Of a stretch of 64,000 bases of DNA, positions 51,477 to 60,573 are shown in pieces. How positions within the stretch are numbered: the stretch's first letter is position 1; the number at the start of each line of letters is the position of its first letter. The DNA is from Bacillota bacterium (GTDB lineage Bacteria > Bacillota > Negativicutes > Sporomusales > CTSoil-080): contig JAGGAD010000023.1 in NCBI GenBank assembly GCA_017889625.1, positions 238 to 64,237 on the forward strand. The letters run 5' to 3'. Under the pieces are notes generated by a model. The model made no database searches. It was not told where the DNA came from and was given only the letters and a program-made list of their open reading frames with translations. The translations under genes were made by a program, and so were the position numbers.

Positions 51477-52637
51477 ATGGAAAGTAATTCAATATTAAAC
51501 AACAAACAGTTTATTTCAATCTTTCTTATAGCGTTTTTAGTGTATTTTTCAAATGGTATGCTTGCACAAACCTTGCCTAAATATGCATTTGATTTAGGTG
51601 CTACGTCGCAAATCATTGGAGTACTGTCAGGCACTTTTGCGATGTGTGCCCTGCTGCTTCGTCCTGTTTCGGGGCTGATGGTGGATAATGAGGATAGAAG
51701 GCTGTTGCTTCGCATCACCATCGGGGTTATTTTAGTGTCAGTTACCGGATTAACATTTTCTAAACAAGTATGGCTGCTAATCGTATTTCGCGGTATCAAT
51801 GGACTGGGCTGGGGCATTGGCTCAACCTTGTGTATGACAATAGCCTCCAGTTGTTTTAGCAAGGAAAAATTGGGTTCGGGAATTGGCATTTACGGATTAG
51901 GCCAAACCATTGCCCAGGCAATTGCGCCGGTGATTGGGTTAAATGTGGCACAAGCTTATAGTTATAATTTCCTATATCAGTTCAATGTCATTATTTGTGC
52001 GGCAGCGTTCGTACTTACATATTTTATTAAGCTTGATACGTCGTCAAAAAAAGAGCGAAAATATTCGGTAAGCCTGAAGGAAATGGTATGCTTGTCGGCT
52101 ATCCCGCCTAGCGTAGTGACTTTATGTAATAGCATCGCACAAGCTTCTGTAACCGCATTTCTGGTCATCTTTGCCAATAGCATTTCGGTGACTCAAATTG
52201 GCGTGTTTTTTACCGTCCAGGCGGCTATTGTACTCGTTGCCAGACCACTTTGGGGAAAGTTGACAGACAAATATGGTTGTTTAAAGGTTATCATACCCTG
52301 TGAGTTTCTCATTGCGTCTGGCTTGTTGACTATTTTCTTTTCCCAGGCCCTGTGGCAGTTTCTTCTTGCCGCCGTGCTTGTTGGCGCGGGAACGGCAGGC
52401 AATCAGCCAGTACTTATGGCGGAATGTATTAGACGAGCGCCTCCCGAGCAACGGGGAAGAGCCAGTAATACCAGTTATATGGGAACTGATATCGGGGGAG
52501 TTGTTGGCAGTAATCTAGCCGGCCTGCTGGTTACTTTGATTGGGTATCGAAATTTATATTTAATTTTTATATTGCCAATTTTAATGGCTACTTTTATGTA
52601 CACTGTTTTTGAAAAAAGAAGGGTTGGCAATTTGTAA
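51477..52637 (+). CDS. MFS transporter
   Basis: About 12 hydrophobic segments; RP.SG..VD...RR and GKLTDKYG motif A. Confidence 0.9.
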   Translation: MESNSILNNKQFISIFLIAFLVYFSNGMLAQTLPKYAFDLGATSQIIGVLSGTFAMCALLLRPVSGLMVDNEDRRLLLRITIGVILVSVTGLTFSKQVWLLIVFRGINGLGWGIGSTLCMTIASSCFSKEKLGSGIGIYGLGQTIAQAIAPVIGLNVAQAYSYNFLYQFNVIICAAAFVLTYFIKLDTSSKKERKYSVSLKEMVCLSAIPPSVVTLCNSIAQASVTAFLVIFANSISVTQIGVFFTVQAAIVLVARPLWGKLTDKYGCLKVIIPCEFLIASGLLTIFFSQALWQFLLAAVLVGAGTAGNQPVLMAECIRRAPPEQRGRASNTSYMGTDIGGVVGSNLAGLLVTLIGYRNLYLIFILPILMATFMYTVFEKRRVGNL

Positions 52638-52746
52638 AGTGTCAAAATTTGATTTTTTTCCTGCCGAGGAAGCGCGGAACAACCGTTAAAGTTAATATGA
52701 GTATATTTCGGGCGCGAAATAATCTCGATGAGAGTTTAAAGACAAT

Positions 52747-52822
52747 ATAGGCAGTACAAGGCTTCGCTGGCTTTGCACTGCCTTGTTTTTGTGTTCGGAA
52801 AGAGTGCACTGTCCCCGTGAGA
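52747..52822. repeat. Second copy of the palindromic repeat at 16411
   Basis: ATAGGCAGTACAAGGCTTCGCTGGCTTTGCACTGCCT hairpin followed by ACTGTCCCC. Confidence 0.45.
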
Positions 52823-53005
52823 AAGAAGTGTTTATATAGTTAGTTGGGTACTGGTATGAGATTAGGGGAAATAATATACGTGGTATTTGGCTGGAAGACG
52901 GGAACTATATACGTGAAACCGGCGGTGGGGTTTAATTTGGAGATATACCATGGGCTGGATAATTTGATATAATAAATAGTTGGTTGAATTTTTATTTGAT
53001 TTATT

Positions 53006-54631
53006 ATGCCAATTTTTACCGTTAACGGAAAGGGCGTGCTCTATACGACAAGCAAAAATTACGCAGTAAAAATTTCGTTAGTATATCTTTTGTTTGGGAT
53101 ATTGTGGATTTTATTATCCGATAGTTTAATCGGATTTTTATCTTTAAATAGAGAGATTGTAATTTGGTTTTCTGTTATTAAGGGCTGGATTTTTGTTGGC
53201 TTATCCGCTTTGCTTATTTACATTGTCGGTAAGCGGTATATGCAAAAATTAGCTAATGCTAACCAGTTGCAACAAGAAATTTTGCAGGCTATGCCTGATT
53301 TAATTCTACGGATAGATAGCCAGGGGATATTTATCGACTATAATAAACCGCCCGATTTTGATTTATATGTTTCGCCGAAACAATTTTTAGGGAAAAGCGT
53401 TTTTGATGTTTTTCCCCAAAAAATTGCCGAAAGAGCGATTGAGCATATTAAAAATACCATCATTAGTGGGAAGATACAATTAATTGAGTATCAGCTACCA
53501 CAAAATAGCAAAGTGCATTACTTTGAAGCTCGCTTTGTCAAAAGTGGCGAGGCCGAGGTAATGGCTATAGTCAGAGAAATTACTTATAAAAAGCAAATTG
53601 AGCAAAGGTTGGAATTCCTTAGCTTAAATGATTCACTTACTGAAGTACACAACCGGGCCTATTTTGAGGAGCAAATCCGTAAGATTCGCAGTAATGATGG
53701 TGAAAATCCGGGCATTATTGTCTGTGATGTTGATGGTCTTAAATTAATTAATGATGCACTAGGTCACTTCGCAGGCGATCAATTACTCAAGGCCGCAGCC
53801 CAAATACTGAGTTCTTGCACATTTTTCCCCGATGTTATCGCCAGAATTGGCGGTGACGAATTTGCAATAATTGTGTCAAATCCTAAGAAACAAAAAATGA
53901 ATGAGCTAGCTAGGACAATTAAAATAGCTGTAGAGAAATATAACCAAAGTAACCCCAAGCTTCCGTTAAGCCTTTCCTGCGGTTGGGCAATTGGTTCTGA
54001 GGACATCAGTGTGCTGTTTAAGGAAGCGGATAACAACATGTATCGCGAAAAAATGCGTAAGGGGATCGGTACACATAGTGCAGTGGTACAAGCAATGATA
54101 CGGGCTTTAGAAACCAGGGATTATATTACGGAAGGGCATGCTGAGCGTGTTGAAATACTAATCGAAGAATTTGCGCAGAAAATGCAACTGGCTGACTCAA
54201 TGATTGCCGATTTGAAGCTGCTGGCAAAATTTCATGATATCGGGAAAGTGGGAATTCCGGATGACATTTTATTTAATCCGGGAAAACTAACGGCTGATGA
54301 AAGTACGGTTTTGCGCCGTCACTGTGATATTGGGTTCCGGATAGCGAAATCAGTGCCGGACTTAGCGCCTATTGCCGATTGGATTTTAAAGCATCATGAA
54401 TGGTGGAATGGCAAAGGATATCCCCTTAACCTTGTTGGTGAAGAAATTCCCTTGGCTTGTCGGATGTTGGCGATAGCCGATGCTTTTGATGCCATGACGA
54501 ATGACCGCCCATACCGCAAAGCCATGAATTATCAAGAAGCTATCAATGAACTACAGCGCTGTGCTGGAACACAATTTGATCCGGTTCTTACTGAAAGTTT
54601 CATTGAAATAATAACTAACTTACCTACATGA
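53006..54631 (+). CDS. Membrane PAS-GGDEF-HD-GYP c-di-GMP turnover protein
   Basis: Two TMs, PAS, RIGGDEF, HDIGK, HHEWWNGKGYP, ADAFDAM. Confidence 0.93.
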   Translation: MPIFTVNGKGVLYTTSKNYAVKISLVYLLFGILWILLSDSLIGFLSLNREIVIWFSVIKGWIFVGLSALLIYIVGKRYMQKLANANQLQQEILQAMPDLILRIDSQGIFIDYNKPPDFDLYVSPKQFLGKSVFDVFPQKIAERAIEHIKNTIISGKIQLIEYQLPQNSKVHYFEARFVKSGEAEVMAIVREITYKKQIEQRLEFLSLNDSLTEVHNRAYFEEQIRKIRSNDGENPGIIVCDVDGLKLINDALGHFAGDQLLKAAAQILSSCTFFPDVIARIGGDEFAIIVSNPKKQKMNELARTIKIAVEKYNQSNPKLPLSLSCGWAIGSEDISVLFKEADNNMYREKMRKGIGTHSAVVQAMIRALETRDYITEGHAERVEILIEEFAQKMQLADSMIADLKLLAKFHDIGKVGIPDDILFNPGKLTADESTVLRRHCDIGFRIAKSVPDLAPIADWILKHHEWWNGKGYPLNLVGEEIPLACRMLAIADAFDAMTNDRPYRKAMNYQEAINELQRCAGTQFDPVLTESFIEIITNLPT

Positions 54632-54690
54632 TTGACATTTTTCTTATAAAGGGGTATAGTTACCTTTGTTAATTATTAACCATGGTAACT
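54632..54690 (+). promoter_or_regulatory. SigA promoter with MarR-type inverted operator
   Basis: TTGACA(54632)-17-TATAGT(54655); AGTTACC...GGTAACT palindrome 54658-54690. Confidence 0.7.
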
Positions 54691-54711
54691 GTTTTTGGAA
54701 AGGAGACTATT

Positions 54712-55143
54712 TTGCAGGGCTTTTTTCGTCGTTGTTTATTACTAAATAGAGCATTTATCAGTAAAATGAATGAAGTTCTCGGAGTATATGGCCTTTCTTA
54801 CTCCAAATGGACGGTTGTTTGTTATGTGAAAGATCATGGATCTTCTATGTTGGTGGATATTGCAAACCATGCTAATGTAAGAAATCCGGTAATTACTAGG
54901 ATTGTGCAGAGGTTAGAAGAGAATGGTGTAGTACAGCAAATACCTGGTCTGGATAAACGGGAAAAAATAATTGAGTTAACGGAAAAAGGCGAGCGGATTT
55001 ATCAAGAATGCCGCAAAGTTATTGATAACCTGGAACGGAAGGTATTGGCAGGTATTTCCGAAGAAGAGATAAAAGCAGCGTTTGAAGTTTTTCCTAAAGT
55101 ACGAGATAATCTAATGGATATAGGTGATAATAAGAATGAATAA
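54712..55143 (+). CDS. MarR-family regulator
   Basis: ITRIVQRLEENG.V....DKREK...LTEKG; TTG start after AAGGAG. Confidence 0.9.
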   Translation: MQGFFRRCLLLNRAFISKMNEVLGVYGLSYSKWTVVCYVKDHGSSMLVDIANHANVRNPVITRIVQRLEENGVVQQIPGLDKREKIIELTEKGERIYQECRKVIDNLERKVLAGISEEEIKAAFEVFPKVRDNLMDIGDNKNE

Positions 55144-56335
55144 CGTCAAATTATGGACTAGAGATTTTTTGATTGATTCAATAACAAATTTGTTTATTTA
55201 TTTAGCGTTTTATTTGTTGATGGTGACGATAACAACTTATGCAATGGATAATTTACAGGCTTCGCCAAGTGAGGCTGGACTTGCGTCCGGCATTTTTATT
55301 GTCGGGACACTTATTGCTCGGGTTTTTGTGGGAAAAGCGATCGACCGGGTTGGCAGGAAAAAGACCCTTTATGTTGGCTTGGTTTTATTTTTAGGGATGA
55401 CTTTGTTGCATTTTGGCGTAAACAACCTGGTGTTTCTGGTAGTTATTCGTTTTTTGCATGGGGCAGCATTTGGGATTGCGGCAACAGCGACGGGAACGAT
55501 TGCCGCGAGTGTCATTCCGCATGAACGGCGGGGTGAAGGGATCAGTTATTATGCAATGAGCCTTGCGCTGGCTTCAGCAATCGGACCTTTTTTAGGGATG
55601 TTTATTAATCAACAGGGCAGCTTTAATATGGTGTTGTTGTTAGCGGCAATTCTAGTGTTAGCAAGTTTAATTGCAGTGCTATTTTTAAGGGTACCTGAAG
55701 CCGAGCTGACGGAAGAGCAATTGGTTAAGATGAAAGGGGTTGCGTTGAGTAATTTCTTCGAAGCTCAGGCAATTCCGATTTCGCTTGTCAGTATATTTAT
55801 CGGCTTGGGCTATTCAAGTATTTTGAGTTTCATGGCGGTTTATGCCAGGGAAATAAATTTAGCTGATGCGGGCAGTTTTTTCTTTATTGTTTATGCGATA
55901 GCCACGTTAATTTCCCGACCATTAACTGGTCGCTGGTTTGATCAAAAAGGGGAAAATTTTGTTATGTATCCCGCATTCCTGGTCTTTGCACTTAGCTTGG
56001 TTATTCTTAGCCAAGCTTATCAGGGCAGCATTCTCTTGTTGGCGGGAATATTTGTGGGCTTTGGTTATGGGACATTATTGTCGAGTTCTCAAGCGATAGC
56101 GGTTAAGGTATCACCGCGCCATCGCTTAGGGTTAGCGACGTCTACTTTTTATATTTTCCTTGATGGCGGGGTAGGAATTGGACCATTTTTATTAGGCTTT
56201 TTGATTCCAATAACCGGATTCCGCGGATTGTATATGAGTATGGCGATTGTTCTTTTGTGCTGCACTTTTTTATATTATTTTTTGCATGGGAGAAAACCGG
56301 CAGAGTATGGTGAGGAGCTTGTTACCGAGGGTTAG
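55136..56335 (+). CDS. MFS transporter
   Basis: KLWT.DF, G..IDRVGRK, RFLHG, RRGEGI.YY. Confidence 0.92.
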   Translation: MNNVKLWTRDFLIDSITNLFIYLAFYLLMVTITTYAMDNLQASPSEAGLASGIFIVGTLIARVFVGKAIDRVGRKKTLYVGLVLFLGMTLLHFGVNNLVFLVVIRFLHGAAFGIAATATGTIAASVIPHERRGEGISYYAMSLALASAIGPFLGMFINQQGSFNMVLLLAAILVLASLIAVLFLRVPEAELTEEQLVKMKGVALSNFFEAQAIPISLVSIFIGLGYSSILSFMAVYAREINLADAGSFFFIVYAIATLISRPLTGRWFDQKGENFVMYPAFLVFALSLVILSQAYQGSILLLAGIFVGFGYGTLLSSSQAIAVKVSPRHRLGLATSTFYIFLDGGVGIGPFLLGFLIPITGFRGLYMSMAIVLLCCTFLYYFLHGRKPAEYGEELVTEG

Positions 56336-56468
56336 TCGGTAGGAGGCAAAAACAGAAAGCAGCAGTTTTTCTTAGTTGTTCCGGTTTTGACAATACGGCT
56401 TAAGCAAAACGGAGTAAGATAGGATTAAAATTATATACTGGACAGCAAACATTTGAGGATTGTTGGCT

Positions 56469-56533
56469 TGGCAATGTGGCCAGGGAAATGTGATCACAAC
56501 ATGGTGATAGTATTTCCCTGGCTAATTTTTTTG
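56469..56533 (+). promoter_or_regulatory. ANTAR-type hairpin overlapping a leader terminator
   Basis: TGGC-AATGTG-GCCA; its 3' strand begins stem gccagggaaat / atttccctggc + T tract. Confidence 0.6.
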
Positions 56534-56622
56534 TTCGGTACTGTGAGGAGGAGTTACATCACAAGTTTATTTTATAAAAGGTAAATGGCTATTTTTATTG
56601 TTTAGAGAGGAAGGGATAGATT

Positions 56623-57846
56623 ATGGCTAATACAGTAGTAAAAATTAATTTAGAAAAATACGATCTTGATGGTGAAGCGATATTGGTCGTAGATACTGTT
56701 GAACGAAGTGTTCCGGCCAAAGGCGGAATCAGGGTACGGGAAAATTTAGCGGAAGAAGAGGTGGCCGCTTTATCGGCAGAAATGACAAGAAAGTGCATTT
56801 TGGCTGATATTCCGTTTGGTGGGGCTAAAGGCGGGATTCGGTTAGCTGACTTGAAACAGGTGGATAAGGCCATGTACGCGTTTGGCAGAGAGCTTGCTAA
56901 AATTGATTTTATCCCTTATCGCTGGTGTGCCGCACCGGATGTAAATACGGATAGCAAGGCGGTAGATTCTTTTATTGCCGGGTGTGCTTCGGTTATCGGC
57001 TGGCGAAAAGCCCGGTTGGCGGCAACCGGAAAAAGTACGGGGATTCCTCACGAACTTGGCAGTACCGCTTATGGGGTTGTCTTGAGCATTGAAGAGACGC
57101 TTAAGCAAATGTCGCTTAAGTTTAAACTGCAAGGCGCGACGGCAATTGTTGAAGGTACCGGTGAGGTTGGTGGTAACGCAATTCCACTGTTAATAGAAAA
57201 AGGTGTAACTATCCTTGGCATAAGTGATATTAGTGGTGCGTTATATTGTGCTGCAGGTCTTGAAGGAACTGCTTTGCGCCAGTTGATTGAGGAGAAGCGG
57301 CTGATAAAAGATGCCGTGGCAAGTTTTAACGGAGCGATATATGAGGCTAATCCTGGTTCTTTGTTAACGAAACCGGCGGATATTCTTTTGTTAGCGGGCC
57401 CAGGCCGCAGTATTAATGAGGATAACTGCCGGGAAGTAAAAGTAAAGCTGATTGCCGAAGGCGCTAATATTGCGTATGTCAATAATGAATTGAGAAATGT
57501 GGTTCATGGCAGAGGAATTTACTCAATCCCCGGAATTATAGCTAATTCTGGCGGCGTAATATCAAGCTATGAGGAATGGATCATGGAAACGGAAAATCTG
57601 ATGCATTTATCTATCGAAGCGAAGTGGCTTCGAGTAAAGCAGTCGATAGCGAAAAGAGTTAGCCGTAATATTCAAGAGTTATGTGCCAAGTCGGTTCAGC
57701 AGCCAGGGGTTAATCTGTATGAGTGTGCATTAGCGATGGTAGAGGAAAGAATGGCGGATGCTCGGCAGGAAAACAAAAAACTGCGGGTTTTAACGAAAAA
57801 CATTAATAAAGAGTTGGAAGAAAAATTTGCAGTTTTTACTTGTTAG
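56623..57846 (+). CDS. Glu/Leu/Phe/Val dehydrogenase, glutamate-type signature
   Basis: PAKGGIR, MTRK, GGAKGG, APDVNT, TGK, EGAN, NSGGVISS. Confidence 0.85.
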   Translation: MANTVVKINLEKYDLDGEAILVVDTVERSVPAKGGIRVRENLAEEEVAALSAEMTRKCILADIPFGGAKGGIRLADLKQVDKAMYAFGRELAKIDFIPYRWCAAPDVNTDSKAVDSFIAGCASVIGWRKARLAATGKSTGIPHELGSTAYGVVLSIEETLKQMSLKFKLQGATAIVEGTGEVGGNAIPLLIEKGVTILGISDISGALYCAAGLEGTALRQLIEEKRLIKDAVASFNGAIYEANPGSLLTKPADILLLAGPGRSINEDNCREVKVKLIAEGANIAYVNNELRNVVHGRGIYSIPGIIANSGGVISSYEEWIMETENLMHLSIEAKWLRVKQSIAKRVSRNIQELCAKSVQQPGVNLYECALAMVEERMADARQENKKLRVLTKNINKELEEKFAVFTC

Positions 57847-57907
57847 TTAGTACCGATTTTACCAATACAGATGCTGCGAAAAATAGTATTATAATAAATA
57901 AGAGAAA

Positions 57908-57999
57908 GATGTAGTGATGTACATCGCTCAAATAATAATCGGCAGAGTCGCCTCAATAGTACTACTTAGGTAGTGGTGCTATTGAGGCGCTTATTTTTT
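57908..57999 (+). promoter_or_regulatory. Dual-hairpin ANTAR-type leader with overlapping terminator
   Basis: Hairpin 57908-57925 (contains AGTGAT); GGC-AGAGTC-GCC 57941-57952; terminator cgcctcaatag / ctattgaggcg + T tract. Confidence 0.65.
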
Positions 58000-58035
58000 A
58001 ATCGCCGATGCAGAAATAAAACAAGAGGTGGAAAG

Positions 58036-58443
58036 ATGAATTTAGAACGTACCAATTATTCTTCAGGGGCTCCGTTAGAAGCCAAATCCGGCTACAGCCG
58101 AGTAGTAAAAGTAGGACCATTTGTTTATGTTGGCGGTACCACCGCGGTACAGCCGGATGGCACTGTGTATGGGGAAAATGACGGTTATGGTCAAGCTAAA
58201 TTTGTTTTTGAAAAAATGTTAAAATGTATGGCGGAAGCTGGGGGCGCGGCTAGTGAGGTTGTCAAAGTAAAGTTGTATACGACCGACATGAGCCGGGCCG
58301 GGGAATATGCTAAAGCGTATTCGGAAATATTCAAAGAGATTAAACCTTTGTTTACGATGGTAGGAATTGCTGCTCTAAATCGTCCCAGTCAACTGGTAGA
58401 AATTGAAATAGATGCTATTATTGGTTCTGCTCAGAAATTATAA
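58036..58443 (+). CDS. RidA/YjgF (Rid) family protein
   Basis: SSG.P.E...GYSR.V, V.GTTA, LVEIE; SD GAGGTG. Confidence 0.88.
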   Translation: MNLERTNYSSGAPLEAKSGYSRVVKVGPFVYVGGTTAVQPDGTVYGENDGYGQAKFVFEKMLKCMAEAGGAASEVVKVKLYTTDMSRAGEYAKAYSEIFKEIKPLFTMVGIAALNRPSQLVEIEIDAIIGSAQKL

Positions 58444-58521
58444 TAAATAGCTAGGGATTATAATGGTGTAAGGGTTATTGGTTTTATCGAAATAAGTATA
58501 GCGATGATTTGTTAGTGGATT

Positions 58522-58577
58522 AACCACAAAGCTTTTGGTTGCACAATGACGTGTACTCCAAGGGGTTGTGGTTTTTT
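58522..58577 (+). promoter_or_regulatory. Leader terminator capped by an ANTAR-type hairpin
   Basis: aaccacaa...ttgtggtt + T tract with apical GCAC-AATGAC-GTGT. Confidence 0.5.
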
Positions 58578-58663
58578 GTTTTTATGAAACCAGGCAGTGG
58601 ACAATTAATCACAGGAAAAACAAAGGAGCTGTTAATTTCCGCAAAGTAAAAGGAGGAGTTATT

Positions 58664-60037
58664 ATGATTGAACAGTTTGGGTATAAGCAAGAATTTAAAC
58701 GAGCATTATCTTTACGGGATTTGGTTTTATTTGGAATGACTTTTATGTCGCCGACAGCAACGATGACGTTGTTTGGGATTATGTCGACAAATTCGCAAAA
58801 CCATGCGGTATTATCTTATGTATTTGGTTTTATCGCCATGATGTTTACTGCGATGAGTTACGGAAAAATGGTAGAAGAGTTTCCTGTTGCCGGCTCTACT
58901 TATAGCTATACGCAACGGGCAATTGATTCAAAATTAGGGTTTGTAGCCGGTTGGGTAATGTTGCTGGATTATATGTTAATTCCTCTGCTGTTATATATTG
59001 TAAGTGCAAATTATGCGCATGCGCTAATGCCGATGATTCCCTATTGGGCCTGGATTTTAATATTTGTAATTCCGGTTACAATTGTTAATTACCGGGGGGT
59101 GGAAGTGGCGGCAAAGGTGAACTTGGTGATCACGGTGATATTGTTTGCTTCGGTTCTGGCTTTTGTTATTGCCGCCGTTGGCTATGCGGCTGGAAATTCT
59201 ATGCCGGTATTTGAATTAAAGGCTATATATAACAGTGAGACATTTTCGGTAACTGGGGTAGTGGCGGGGGCCGCTATGGCAGTGCTTTCTTACCTAGGGT
59301 TTGATGGTATAACGACATTATCGGAAGAAGCTAATGTCAGCAGTGATAAAATCAAGAAGGCCATTATTTGCGCGTGCGTTTTTCAAACCATTATCTTTGT
59401 AGCGGTTGCTTATTTTGCAACAATGTACGCTCCGGATTACACGGCCTTTGCTGATTTAGACACGATTTTTTACGATATAACTTATAAAGTAGGCGGAGCG
59501 GCATTACAGCTTTTTGTTACTCTGGTGATTATTATTTCCGGTCCCGCTACCGCGTTAGCCGGACAGTCTTCCGCCAGCCGGCTGTTGTTTGGGATGGGAC
59601 GGGATAACTTAATTTCCAAGAAGATATTTGCGCATATTCACCCTAAATATAAAACGCCCTCGTACAGCATAATTATTATGGGCATTCTTGGCGCAATCGG
59701 CGGCTTGACTGTTAGTATGGAAATCGTAACGGATATTGTAACTTTTGGTGGCTTGATTGGCTTTATTTGCGTGAATTTTGCGGTGTTCTATTATTTCGCG
59801 CTAAAAAAAGGAAAATATAACTTATTTAGTAACATTATCTTCCCTTTTCTTGGCGTTCTAAGTTGTGGCTATATATTGTGTAATTTGTCGGATATCGGAA
59901 AAATTGTTGGTTTCAGCTGGATGGGCTTAGGAATCGTTTATTTAGTAATGCGTTCGGCCGGTTCTAGTAAATTTAGACAGTTACTTAGCAATAAGCATGA
60001 CCTGGTTCAGGCAGAAGCGGCTTTTGAAAAGACGTGA
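58664..60037 (+). CDS. APC-family amine/amino acid permease (PuuP/PlaP-like)
   Basis: GYKQE.KR.L, P.AGS.YSY, LDY, SYLGFDGITTLSEE, SRLLFGMGRD. Confidence 0.9.
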   Translation: MIEQFGYKQEFKRALSLRDLVLFGMTFMSPTATMTLFGIMSTNSQNHAVLSYVFGFIAMMFTAMSYGKMVEEFPVAGSTYSYTQRAIDSKLGFVAGWVMLLDYMLIPLLLYIVSANYAHALMPMIPYWAWILIFVIPVTIVNYRGVEVAAKVNLVITVILFASVLAFVIAAVGYAAGNSMPVFELKAIYNSETFSVTGVVAGAAMAVLSYLGFDGITTLSEEANVSSDKIKKAIICACVFQTIIFVAVAYFATMYAPDYTAFADLDTIFYDITYKVGGAALQLFVTLVIIISGPATALAGQSSASRLLFGMGRDNLISKKIFAHIHPKYKTPSYSIIIMGILGAIGGLTVSMEIVTDIVTFGGLIGFICVNFAVFYYFALKKGKYNLFSNIIFPFLGVLSCGYILCNLSDIGKIVGFSWMGLGIVYLVMRSAGSSKFRQLLSNKHDLVQAEAAFEKT

Positions 60038-60211
60038 ATTTAAATCGGTTATCAGTTAGAGGACAAAAAGGTAGACTATATGTCGCGTAGTATTGATGCT
60101 ACAACGGCGTTTCATCAATATTACGCGGTAAGTATTCCGTTTTTAACAATACAAGCTGCCGTAATAATATTAAAATTAGAGTTGTGGTTGTAATATGAGA
60201 GAGGTGTTAGT

Positions 60212-60397
60212 ATGGTTGAACGCTTAAATCCATTTTCAGTATGTCCGGCCTGTGGCAGTGTTGCAACATGGGACAGCTATAAACAGAAAAATATTTGTAG
60301 AGAATGCGAGCAGATACGGAAAATTTTTAAAGGACCGATTGAAATTAACCCGGCTGTAAGTAGGCAGGATGTACTCGAAAAAAATGCCAGCGATTAA
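60212..60397 (+). CDS. Small zinc-ribbon protein
   Basis: CPAC...CREC; SD GAGGTG. Confidence 0.6.
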   Translation: MVERLNPFSVCPACGSVATWDSYKQKNICRECEQIRKIFKGPIEINPAVSRQDVLEKNASD

Positions 60398-60513
60398 AGT
60401 GGATGTCAGTTTTTATTTGGGAGAGAAATAGTTTATTGGCTGCGAAACCGTTTTAGTTCTGATTTTTACTATAATTTCGTGGCCGTATATTTTAAAATAA
60501 AGATAAGTTAATG

Positions 60514-60559
60514 AGACAAAGGCGTCTGATTCCTGCGGGAGTTAGACGCCTAAATTTTT
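60514..60559 (+). promoter_or_regulatory. ANTAR-type hairpin overlapping a leader terminator-like stem
   Basis: AGAC-AAAGGC-GTCT; competing stem aggcgtctgattcc / ggagttagacgcct + aaatttt. Confidence 0.65.
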
Positions 60560-60573
60560 AGGGGGTAATAATT

